From: an uncultured Janthinobacterium sp.
GTDB lineage: Bacteria; Vulcanimicrobiota; Vulcanimicrobiia; Vulcanimicrobiales; Vulcanimicrobiaceae
Direction: 5' to 3'
Length of the DNA: 23,482 bases
Assembly (NCBI GenBank): GCA_964658025.1
Contig: CAZZXB010000018.1
Span: 5,936-29,417 of the forward strand
Shown: piece by piece, positions 1-8,211 of the stretch
How positions within the stretch are numbered: position 1 is the first letter of the stretch
Layout: each line of letters begins with the position of its first letter
Notes under the pieces: model-generated
What the model saw: the letters and a program-made list of their open reading frames with translations, nothing else
Database searches by the model: none
Told to the model about the DNA's origin: nothing
Program-made: the position numbers and the translations under genes

Positions 1-1
1 C

Positions 2-604
2 GCCGCCGACGCGTCGGGGAAGCCGAACGCGACCGAAGCGCCGCTCGTCGCGTCGCTCGCGGCCGATCTCGCGAAACGCTTTCCCACGACCGCCTCGGCC
101 GTCGCGGCCGGCTACCTCCGATACACGGACGAGGACGACACGGGCGCGATCAGCTACGCGAATCACGTGTGGACGAGCGCCGATCTCAAGCACCCTAGCC
201 AGCTCTGGTACGACGCGCAGGGACGGCTCATCGGCGCCGATTTCTCGGTCCCCGCGACGTCGAAGTCGGACCCGCCGAAAGCGCAATTCGGGTTTTCCGC
301 CGATCGGTGGCAGCACTTCGGTCTGCACGATCATTACGGACTCGTCGGCCCGAACGGGACGACGACCTACGGCGACTTCGGCGCGAAAAAGATCGCGGCC
401 GTCGGCGGCGATCCGACCGATCCCAAACCCGCAGACGTCGTGAAGGCCGGCGCCGCGAAGTCGGCTTCGGACGTCACGTTCGTCTTCGCGTTTCCGCAGG
501 TCTGGGACGCGGCCGTGTGGGTGATCCCGAATCCCGACGGCGCCTTCGCCGAAAAGAATCCGAACGTCAAACCGTCGGCGCACGCCGCGATGCCCGGGAT
601 GTAA
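2..604 (+). CDS. Hypothetical protein, 5'-truncated by the window edge
   Basis: The frame of ORF 167..604 stays open back to position 2 (AADASGKPNATEAPLVASLAADLAKRFPTTASAVAAGYLRYTDEDDTGAISYANHVW...). Third positions are strongly G/C, and the stop is followed by a terminator hairpin. Confidence 0.8.
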   Translation, partial: AADASGKPNATEAPLVASLAADLAKRFPTTASAVAAGYLRYTDEDDTGAISYANHVWTSADLKHPSQLWYDAQGRLIGADFSVPATSKSDPPKAQFGFSADRWQHFGLHDHYGLVGPNGTTTYGDFGAKKIAAVGGDPTDPKPADVVKAGAAKSASDVTFVFAFPQVWDAAVWVIPNPDGAFAEKNPNVKPSAHAAMPGM

Positions 605-606
605 CG

Positions 607-637
607 ACGCCCGCGGAGCGAGCGCCGCGGGCGTTTT
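607..637 (+). terminator. Rho-independent terminator between convergent genes
   Basis: Perfect 10-bp inverted repeat ACGCCCGCGG (607-616) / CCGCGGGCGT (625-634) with an 8-nt loop, followed by a short T run. It lies between the stops at 604 (+) and 656 (-). Confidence 0.75.
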
Positions 638-655
638 CGAGGATCGTCGGTCGGG

Positions 656-1834
656 TTATTCGCTCGACCAATAATCTTTGAGGGCCTTGCCGCGAGACGG
701 GTGGCGCAGCTTGCGGAGCGCTTTCGCTTCGATCTGTCGGATCCGTTCGCGCGTGACGCCGAACTCCTGACCGACTTCCTCGAGCGTCCGTTGGTGGCCG
801 TCTTCGAGACCGAACCGGAGTACGAGCACCTTGCGCTCGCGGTCGGTGAGGTTCTTGAGGACGTCGGCCATCTTCTCTTTGAGGAGCATGACGGACGCGG
901 CCTCGGCCGGGGCGATCGCCTCTTGGTCTTCGATGAAATCGCCGAGATGCGAATCTTCTTCTTCGCCGATCGGCGTTTCGAGCGAGATCGGTTCCTGCGA
1001 GATCTTGATGACCTCGCGGACCTTTTCGGGCGTGAGCCCCATCTCGTGCGCGATCTCCTCGACCGTCGGATCGCGTCCGAATTCCTGAAGCAGTTGGCGA
1101 GAGATCTTGATGAGGCGATTGATCGTCTCGACCATGTGCACGGGGATGCGGATCGTGCGCGCCTGATCGGCGAGCGCGCGCGTGATCGCCTGACGGATCC
1201 ACCACGTCGCGTACGTCGAGAACTTGTAACCCTTGCGATAATCGAATTTTTCGACCGCGCGGATGAGTCCGAGATTCCCCTCTTGGATGAGGTCGAGAAA
1301 CAGCATGCCGCGACCGACGTACTTCTTCGCGATCGAAACGACGAGACGGAGATTCGCCTCGGTCAGCTTGCGCTTCGCTTCGAAACCGCCTTCGACGACG
1401 CGATTCTGCGCGGTGCCGTTCTTCTGCGATTCGAGTTCGCCCGCTTCGATCGCCATCGCGTACTGCTTCTCTTCGTCCATCGAGAGGAGCGGGACGCGGC
1501 CGATCTCTTTGAGGTACATGCGGACGGGATCGTCGAGCGAGAGCCCGGCGGGGACGTTTTCGGAAGAATCGGACGAGCTCTCGTCCGTCGACGGCTTCTC
1601 GGCTTTCTGTTCTTCGACGACCTCGATGCCGAGCGTCGCGATCTCTTCGAAGAGTTCGTCGATGCGTTCGGGATTGACGTCCTCGACGTTTTCGAAGATC
1701 GCGTTGATCTCTTCGTACGTCAACGTCCCACGCTTCTTACCGCGCTCGATCAAACGTTTGATCTGCTCCTCGAGCGGCAGCGCGGGAGCGCCGTTATCGT
1801 TCGCGGCGGCGGTCGATGTTTTTTTGCGGGCCAT
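656..1834 (-). CDS. rpoD: RNA polymerase primary sigma factor (SigA/RpoD)
   Basis: Region 1.1 ([17 protein letters not shown]), 1.2 ([17 protein letters not shown]), 2 ([30 protein letters not shown]), 3 ([10 protein letters not shown]) and 4 ([33 protein letters not shown]). Start placed at ATG 1834, downstream of AGGAGGTGA. Lies downstream of dnaG. Confidence 0.98.
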   Translation of the reverse strand: MARKKTSTAAANDNGAPALPLEEQIKRLIERGKKRGTLTYEEINAIFENVEDVNPERIDELFEEIATLGIEVVEEQKAEKPSTDESSSDSSENVPAGLSLDDPVRMYLKEIGRVPLLSMDEEKQYAMAIEAGELESQKNGTAQNRVVEGGFEAKRKLTEANLRLVVSIAKKYVGRGMLFLDLIQEGNLGLIRAVEKFDYRKGYKFSTYATWWIRQAITRALADQARTIRIPVHMVETINRLIKISRQLLQEFGRDPTVEEIAHEMGLTPEKVREVIKISQEPISLETPIGEEEDSHLGDFIEDQEAIAPAEAASVMLLKEKMADVLKNLTDRERKVLVLRFGLEDGHQRTLEEVGQEFGVTRERIRQIEAKALRKLRHPSRGKALKDYWSSE

Positions 1835-1916
1835 GATGGTTTCTCTCACCTCCTCTCTTCGATAATCGGGCTTCCGTGGGTCGTGTGCGCTTGCGGATCG
1901 TCGTCGTCGGCGACCG

Positions 1917-3731
1917 TCAGCGCGTCCCGAGGCGACGTCGGCGACGTTCCTCGAGCTCTCGGCGTATGTGGATCAATTCGTCCTTTTCGGGTTGCGCGAG
2001 GGCGAGCCCCGCGGCGAACGCAGCATCTTCGGCCGCGGTAAGCTCCTGCCTTCGCGACTCGAGGCGGCTTTCCGTGAGACCCTCGATGGCTCGGTCGAGA
2101 TGCGCCCGGCGCGCCGTGGAATCCGGAAAGCGGATCTGCGACGACCGATCCGGACGTTGGAGCGTCGCTAAGAGTTCCATCGACGCCGTGTCGCCCGCGA
2201 ACGCGGAGAAGACGTCGGCCGCGAGCAAAAGTTCCGTCCGTCGATCGCGCAAGACGCGATAAATTTCACGATATCGCGCGTCGCGAAAGAGTTCGAGCGG
2301 GATCGCGTCCGCGTAGAGCGCGACGAGTGCGGGCTCGTCGACGAGCGCGGCGAGCACCTCGCGCTCGAAGGACGGCCGTTCCGCCATCGGCGCGATGTGG
2401 CCCACGCGCGATCCGCCGCCGACGGCGATGCGGGGCGCGAAATTCGCGCGGTCGGCGCCGAAGGCGTTGCGGAAATCGTTGACCGGCACGCCGAGTCGCG
2501 CGGCCGCGTGGACGAGCAGCCGATCGCGCTCCTCGGGGCGGCGTTCCGCGAGAAACGCGTTGACCGCCGCGACCGATTTCGCGGGCGGGAGGCGGAGTTC
2601 GAGGAGCCGGTCGACCTCGCGATCGAGCACGAATTGCGCGCCGCTTCCGCTTTCGAGTGCCTCCGCGAGACGGGCGGCGAACGCCTCGGCGCCGCCCGGC
2701 GCTTTCACGTACGAATCGGGATCGTCGCCCGGCGGGAGGCGCACGACGTAGGCGGCGCATCCGGCCTTCTCGAGCAGGCCGACGGCCTTGACCGTCGCCG
2801 CGAGCCCCGCCGCGTCGCCGTCGAAACAGAGAAAGATCCGCTCGGCGTACTTGCGGAGTTCGGCCGCCTGTTCGGGCGTGAACGAGGTTCCGAGCGATGC
2901 GACCGTATGCGCGAACCCCGCTTGGTGGAGCGCGATGCAATCGAGATAGCCTTCGACGACGATCAACGCCTCACGCGCGGCCGCCGCCCGGCGCGCGACA
3001 CCGAGCGCGAAGAGCCCGCGCCCTTTCGTGTAGACGGGCGTCGTGGACGTGTTGAGATACTTCGGTTCCGAATCGTCGAGCGCGCGACCGCCGAAGGCGA
3101 CGGGCTCGCCCGTCGTCGCATACGTCGGGACGATCACGCGATCGCGATAGACGTCGTACGGCCCGCGCTGGCCGGGTTTGACGAGCCCCGCTTTCTCCGC
3201 GATCGCGAGATCGAAGCCGTTCGCGCGGAGTTCGTCCGTGAGTCCCTGCCACCCGGGCGGCGCGAAGCCGAGCTTGAACGCCTCGATCGTGGCGGACGTG
3301 AAGCCGCGTTTCGCGAGGTACGCGCGCGCGGGCTCGCCCTGCGGCGCGCGGAGCATCCGCGTGAAGTACGAGACGGCGAACTCGTTCGCCGCGTAGATGA
3401 GCTCTTTCTCGCCGCGCACGCGCGCGGCGGCGGGCGTCTCGGCTTCGACTTCCACACCCGCGCGTCGCGCGAGCGCGCGGACGGCGTCGGGGAACGTGAG
3501 GTTCTCGAGTTCGCGAACGAACCGGATCGCGTCGCCCGCCTTCCCGCACCCGAAGCACTTGAAGAACCCGCGATCGGGATGGACGTAGAACGACGGCGTC
3601 TTCTCACCGTGAAACGGACAGAGCCCGACGAGGCTCGTCCCGCGCTTCGTCAATTGGACGTAGGTTCCGATGAACGAGCCGATATCGGTCCGCGCGAGGA
3701 CTTCGCTGATGGTGGATTCGTCGATGAGCAC
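1917..3731 (-). CDS. dnaG: DNA primase
   Basis: CHC2 zinc finger ([11 protein letters not shown]...CFGC), FGGR and PKYLNT motifs, TOPRIM ([27 protein letters not shown]). Canonical dnaG-rpoD order. Confidence 0.98.
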   Translation of the reverse strand: MLIDESTISEVLARTDIGSFIGTYVQLTKRGTSLVGLCPFHGEKTPSFYVHPDRGFFKCFGCGKAGDAIRFVRELENLTFPDAVRALARRAGVEVEAETPAAARVRGEKELIYAANEFAVSYFTRMLRAPQGEPARAYLAKRGFTSATIEAFKLGFAPPGWQGLTDELRANGFDLAIAEKAGLVKPGQRGPYDVYRDRVIVPTYATTGEPVAFGGRALDDSEPKYLNTSTTPVYTKGRGLFALGVARRAAAAREALIVVEGYLDCIALHQAGFAHTVASLGTSFTPEQAAELRKYAERIFLCFDGDAAGLAATVKAVGLLEKAGCAAYVVRLPPGDDPDSYVKAPGGAEAFAARLAEALESGSGAQFVLDREVDRLLELRLPPAKSVAAVNAFLAERRPEERDRLLVHAAARLGVPVNDFRNAFGADRANFAPRIAVGGGSRVGHIAPMAERPSFEREVLAALVDEPALVALYADAIPLELFRDARYREIYRVLRDRRTELLLAADVFSAFAGDTASMELLATLQRPDRSSQIRFPDSTARRAHLDRAIEGLTESRLESRRQELTAAEDAAFAAGLALAQPEKDELIHIRRELEERRRRRLGTR

Positions 3732-3787
3732 GGGCGTACGTCCAATTTCGCGATGCGCCGACTCGTCGCCCGCATCTGCGAGTTTCG

Positions 3788-4567
3788 ATGAGCCGTCTCG
3801 CTTGTCGTCGAACGAGTCGGCCGATGCCTGAACCGGTTTGGAATCGCCTGCGACGTCGGACGGCTACGTTCTTGACACGCGGACTGCTTCCCGAGGATTT
3901 CGACGAAGCGACGCGCGCCACCGTACGCACCGTCAGAACCTTCACCGCTACGTCTCCGGAGCGCGTAGCTGCGGCATGCGACGCGGTGCGATACGTCGTC
4001 CGCGACCGCATTCCCGGAGACATCGTGGAGTGCGGCGTGTGGCGCGGCGGTATGGTCATGGCGATGCTCCGCACCTTACGCGACGCCGGCGACACGGAGC
4101 GCCACGTCTACCTGTACGACACCTTCGCGGGAATGTCGGAACCGACGGCGGAGGATCGTAGCCTGCACGGCGAGGTCGCCGCGACGCTCCTGGCTCGAAC
4201 GGAGCGTACGGATCCGAACTCGATTTGGTGCTACGCATCGTTAGCCGACGTCAGACGAAACGTCGAATCCGTCGGATACGATCCGTCGCGCATCCATTTC
4301 GTCGAGGGCACGGTCGAGGAGACGATCCCCGCGACCGTGCCGGAACGGATCGCGATCCTGCGCCTCGATACGGATTGGTACGCGTCGACCAAACACGAAC
4401 TCCATCATCTCTTTCCGCGCGTCGTACCCGGCGGCATCGTGATCGTCGACGATTACGGCCATTGGAGCGGCGCGAGAAAAGCGGTCGACGAGTACATCGC
4501 CGAACACGACGTCTCGTTGTTTCTCGGCCGTACCGATTACACCGGGCGTATCGCCGTGAAGCGGTGA
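3788..4567 (+). CDS. TylF/MycF/NovP-family (macrocin-type) sugar O-methyltransferase
   Basis: Motifs PGDIVECGVWRGG, YDTFAGM, LRLDTDWYAST and GGIVIVDDYGHWSGARKAVDEY. The start could alternatively be ATG 3824. Confidence 0.92.
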   Translation: MSRLACRRTSRPMPEPVWNRLRRRTATFLTRGLLPEDFDEATRATVRTVRTFTATSPERVAAACDAVRYVVRDRIPGDIVECGVWRGGMVMAMLRTLRDAGDTERHVYLYDTFAGMSEPTAEDRSLHGEVAATLLARTERTDPNSIWCYASLADVRRNVESVGYDPSRIHFVEGTVEETIPATVPERIAILRLDTDWYASTKHELHHLFPRVVPGGIVIVDDYGHWSGARKAVDEYIAEHDVSLFLGRTDYTGRIAVKR

Positions 4568-5673
4568 TCGTGACCGACCCGATCGGTGCGAAAAAAATTC
4601 TCATCATGAACTGGCGCGATCCGAAACATCCCGAAGCCGGGGGCGCGGAACGTTATCTTTTCGAGGTCGCGCGACGATTCGTGCTCGGCGGTCATAGCGT
4701 CCACTGGCTCACCGCCGGATTCCGCGGGGCCGTCCCGTCGGAGACTATCGACGGTATCGAGATCACGCGCGTGGGTTCGCGCGTTTCGGTCTACGCACGG
4801 CTTCCGTGGCATTACGTCCGACATCTTCGAAACCGATTCGACTTCATCGTCGATGCGGAGAACGGAATCCCGTTCTTCTCGCCGCTCTTTACGACGCGAC
4901 GTAAGGTTTGTCTCATCTTCCACGTTCACCAACGCGTTTTCGAGAAGCACCTACCCTTCCCGATCTCGAGCGTCTTCCGATGGATCGAAGCCGTCGCGAT
5001 GCCGATAGCGTATCGAGCATCTCGATTCGTCGCGATCTCCGACGACACGCGGCGAGAGCTCGTCGACATCGGCGTGCCGTCCGAGAGGATCGATCTCGCG
5101 TATAGCGGCTACGACGCACGTTTGGTCCCGGGACCGAAAACGCCCGAACCGTCGATGGTGTATGTGGGTCGGCTCAAGAAATACAAACGCATCGATGTCG
5201 TGCTCCGAGCATTCGCGAGCGTCCGCGAACGTGTTCCGTCGGCGACCCTCACGATCGCCGGAAGCGGAGACCAAGAGCACGAGCTACGGATCCTCGCCGA
5301 AACGTTGGGGATCGCGCGAGCCGTTCGTTTCGAAGGATTCGTCGACGAAGCGCGTAAGCGCGACCTTTTGGCCGGATCGTGGATATTCGTCATGGCATCG
5401 GAAATGGAAGGCTGGGGATTGACGATCGTCGAGGCGGCGGCGTGCGGGACACCGACGGTTGCCGTATCCGTTCCCGGCGTCCGCGAGGCCGTCGTGCACG
5501 GGCGTAGCGGGATCCTCGTCGACGACTGCTCGCATCTCGCTCCGGCTCTGGCGGAGTTGCTCGTCGATCCCGAACGGCGTGAACGACTCGGGCGCGGTGC
5601 GCTCGAGCGTGCCGAATCGTTTTCGTGGGATCGCACGGCCGATTCGATCCTCGGCGCGCTCGCAAGCTCGTGA
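4564..5673 (+). CDS. Glycosyltransferase family 4 (GT-B)
   Basis: NWRDPKHPEAGGAE N-terminus, YVGRLKKYKR, and EGWGLTIVEAAACGTP (ExxxxxxxE). GTG start overlaps the upstream TGA (GTGA at 4564-4567). Confidence 0.92.
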   Translation: MIVTDPIGAKKILIMNWRDPKHPEAGGAERYLFEVARRFVLGGHSVHWLTAGFRGAVPSETIDGIEITRVGSRVSVYARLPWHYVRHLRNRFDFIVDAENGIPFFSPLFTTRRKVCLIFHVHQRVFEKHLPFPISSVFRWIEAVAMPIAYRASRFVAISDDTRRELVDIGVPSERIDLAYSGYDARLVPGPKTPEPSMVYVGRLKKYKRIDVVLRAFASVRERVPSATLTIAGSGDQEHELRILAETLGIARAVRFEGFVDEARKRDLLAGSWIFVMASEMEGWGLTIVEAAACGTPTVAVSVPGVREAVVHGRSGILVDDCSHLAPALAELLVDPERRERLGRGALERAESFSWDRTADSILGALASS

Positions 5674-6587
5674 GCGATCTCGCACGTCGTTTCGTGATCG
5701 TTCCCGTCTACAACGAAGAGGCCAATCTTGCGGCGTTGCTCGACGCGCTGTTGGTCGAGGACGGCCTCGATGCCGTGGTCGCCGTCGACGATCGCAGTTC
5801 GGACGATTCGCCGCGAATTCTCGAACGCTATGCCGAACGATTCTCGAAGGTGCGCGTCGTGACGGCCCCGGAACGAAGCGGACAACTCGCCGCATGGAGG
5901 ACCGCGGCGGCGCTCGCGACCGATGGTTCCACCCTCTGCTTCGTCGATGCGGATTCGTTGCCGCAACCCGGTGCCATCACCAAACTCTTTCGAACCGTGG
6001 AATGCGACGTGGACGTCGTGCTCGCGAGCGGACGCGTCGCGGCCGATCGCGTTTCCGCGCGATGGGCGGCCGCGAGGTTTCGGGCCGAGGCGTTACACCG
6101 GCTACGCGCCCTCGGTCGCGTCCGCGACTCGACGATCGGCCGATTCTTCGCCGCGCGTCGCGATTGGTTTCTCGCGGCGGCGGTTCGATCCGACATCATC
6201 GCAAACGACGCGTTTCTCGCCTGTCGCGCCGCTCGATCCGGATTCGTGGCTCGTTACGTCCCGAGCGCGATTTGCGCGTACTCGGAAGCCTCGAATGCGT
6301 TCGATTTCGCGGCACAACGGCAACGAGCCGATGCCGGCTACGCGCAATTGCGCGCGATGGGTTTGCTCCTACCGGAGGACGAACCCCGCTTCGTCGATTA
6401 CCTTCGCGCCCTCGGCGCCGCGGGCGTTCGCGATCCGTCGGGATTCGCTTCGTGGGTCGCGGAACAAGTCCGAGCGAAGACCCTTCGCGCCTACCGCGCC
6501 GTCGGCAAGAACGACGGAATCTGGGAGGTTCAGGCCTCGACGAAACGGAGCCTGAAGGCCGAACCCGCCGACCCTTCCAACGATTGA
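5670..6587 (+). CDS. Glycosyltransferase family 2 (GT-A)
   Basis: VIVPVYNEE, VDDRSSD, FVDADS (DxD), then ND and a QRQR motif. GTG start in a GTGA overlap at 5670-5673. Confidence 0.88.
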   Translation: MSDLARRFVIVPVYNEEANLAALLDALLVEDGLDAVVAVDDRSSDDSPRILERYAERFSKVRVVTAPERSGQLAAWRTAAALATDGSTLCFVDADSLPQPGAITKLFRTVECDVDVVLASGRVAADRVSARWAAARFRAEALHRLRALGRVRDSTIGRFFAARRDWFLAAAVRSDIIANDAFLACRAARSGFVARYVPSAICAYSEASNAFDFAAQRQRADAGYAQLRAMGLLLPEDEPRFVDYLRALGAAGVRDPSGFASWVAEQVRAKTLRAYRAVGKNDGIWEVQASTKRSLKAEPADPSND

Positions 6588-7630
6588 GACCGCGGATCGT
6601 CCTCACGTCTCGATTCCCAAATAATCGCGCCGGCGGGATCGAGTCGGCCGTGCGCGAGTTGCTTCCGCGTATCGCGGCCGCCCGCCCGACGTGGGACGTC
6701 GCGGGCGTTCATGCGTTCGCGGGGCCCGACCGGATCAACCGAATTCCGTTTTTCGGAGATCTCGTCGCGGCCGTCTTACTCTGGTGGCGTTCTCGCGACG
6801 CCGACGTCGTCGTCGTCAACGGCGGCGAGTACGCGTGGCCGCGAATGCTCGCACGTCGTACGCGCTCGAGAACCGTTTGCGTGTGGCACGGAACGCGCGC
6901 CGGCGAGATTCCGGCGCTCGTCGCGCGCATGACGATTCCGGTGCGAATCTATCGGGCGCTCGAAGTCGCGCTGCAGCGTATCGCGCTCGCCGCGCATCGC
7001 CACATCGCGGTAAGCGTGACGACCGTCGACGAATTGCGGACGACGTATGCGACGCGACGCGAGATACGGGTGATCGCCAACGGCCGCCCGCATCAGGCCT
7101 CGATCGAAACGGCGGATTCGCCGGGAAGCGGCGGCCCGAGACTCGCGTGGATCGGCACCAACGTCTACAAAAAAGGCTTCGATATCGCTTTCGAGGCATG
7201 CGCCGCCGCACGAGCCGCCGTTCCCGACCTCCGTTTGGTCGCGATCGGCATCGCGGCGCCGAGCACCGGAGCGCCGCCTTGGCTCGAATGCACGGGACTT
7301 ATCGACCATCGCGAAGCGATCCGGCATCTGCGATCGTGCGTCGCGCTCGTCGGGTCTTCGCGTTACGAAGGTTGCAGCGTCGCGATCGCCGAGGCGCTCG
7401 CCCTCGGAATTCCGATTCTGGCGGGCCCGACGGTCGCGTGGATGATCGGGGATGCCGGAATCGTGGCGGAACGCCTGCACGTCGACGACTTCGCGCGGAT
7501 CATCACGTCGTTTCTCACGACGCCGGGAGCGGCATCACGCATGTCCGAGGCTGCGAGCGTTCGCGCGCGGTCGTTCGATTGGGACGACGCCGCTTCCGCG
7601 TACGAAACGGAAATCGCGGCATGCTTGTGA
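6584..7630 (+). CDS. Glycosyltransferase family 4
   Basis: AGGIES, VWHG, IAVS, VIANG, KKGFD and SRYEGCSVAIAEALALGIP motifs. TTG start in a TTGA overlap at 6584-6587. The upstream part of ORF 5459..7630 is a shadow frame. Confidence 0.88.
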   Translation: MRPRIVLTSRFPNNRAGGIESAVRELLPRIAAARPTWDVAGVHAFAGPDRINRIPFFGDLVAAVLLWWRSRDADVVVVNGGEYAWPRMLARRTRSRTVCVWHGTRAGEIPALVARMTIPVRIYRALEVALQRIALAAHRHIAVSVTTVDELRTTYATRREIRVIANGRPHQASIETADSPGSGGPRLAWIGTNVYKKGFDIAFEACAAARAAVPDLRLVAIGIAAPSTGAPPWLECTGLIDHREAIRHLRSCVALVGSSRYEGCSVAIAEALALGIPILAGPTVAWMIGDAGIVAERLHVDDFARIITSFLTTPGAASRMSEAASVRARSFDWDDAASAYETEIAACL

Positions 7631-8211
7631 TCGCTCCTCGAATCGTACGACGCACGAGGAGCATCGCGACGGCGACGGCGTTCTTCGTCGCGCTCGGCGC
7701 TTTCGTCTGGATCTTGAGCGAAGCGCGCGGCGATTGGTACCGAGCGACGCGGCCACTCGAATCGAGCCAACGGCTCGGGTCGCAAGCGACGGCGACCTGG
7801 AATGCGATCCGCGAGCCGTGGTCCGCCGCGCTGTTCGTCGGATACGAGAGTCGGCGAGATGGATTCGCTACGTTCACGCTCGACCGAATCCCGACGCTCG
7901 ATCGTGCCACGTCGGCGTCGATCGTCATGGACGCGGATGGCTTCGAAAAACCTCGGCGCGGAGCCACCGCCTACGTCTCGCTCGAAGCTCCTGCGTTCCG
8001 CTCCGTCTTTCGCGTCCCACTCGGCGGTGCGACGTACGTCACGCTCGCGCCCTATCCGACCGCCGGGTATCGGTTTCGATTGGTCGCACCGCGCGCGTGC
8101 GCGTTTTCGCGTTGCCGCCTCTCCATCCGCACGCACGGCGTGAGCTGGCGGATCCGTCGTATCGCCTTGATCTCGGAAGAATCGCTCGGCCGCGCCGGCG
8201 TTTTCCGTTGA
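7627..8211 (+). CDS. Hypothetical membrane-anchored protein (one N-terminal TM plus a predicted beta-rich domain)
   Basis: Fills the gap between coupled genes, with GTGA overlap at 7627 (in-frame ATG at 7621 also possible) and TTGA overlap at 8208. Hydrophobic segment ATAFFVALGAFVWIL. Confidence 0.7.
   Translation: MIAPRIVRRTRSIATATAFFVALGAFVWILSEARGDWYRATRPLESSQRLGSQATATWNAIREPWSAALFVGYESRRDGFATFTLDRIPTLDRATSASIVMDADGFEKPRRGATAYVSLEAPAFRSVFRVPLGGATYVTLAPYPTAGYRFRLVAPRACAFSRCRLSIRTHGVSWRIRRIALISEESLGRAGVFR

Noticed and set aside
701..2041. 446-aa ORF antisense to rpoD
   Set aside because: Codon-aligned shadow ORF caused by high GC3 in a conserved gene; no recognisable motifs.
2397..3791. 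464-aa ORF antisense to dnaG
   Set aside because: Shadow ORF of dnaG, Arg/Ala/Gly-rich with no domain signal.
5459..6583. Long N-terminal extension of the 723-aa ORF (similar extensions on ORFs starting at 4225, 6691, 7452 and 12612)
   Set aside because: These extensions overlap real genes in other frames and are Arg-rich nonsense. Better starts exist downstream, at the 4-nt overlaps or at TTG 13002/13008 for the GT2, so they are not true fusions or frameshifts.
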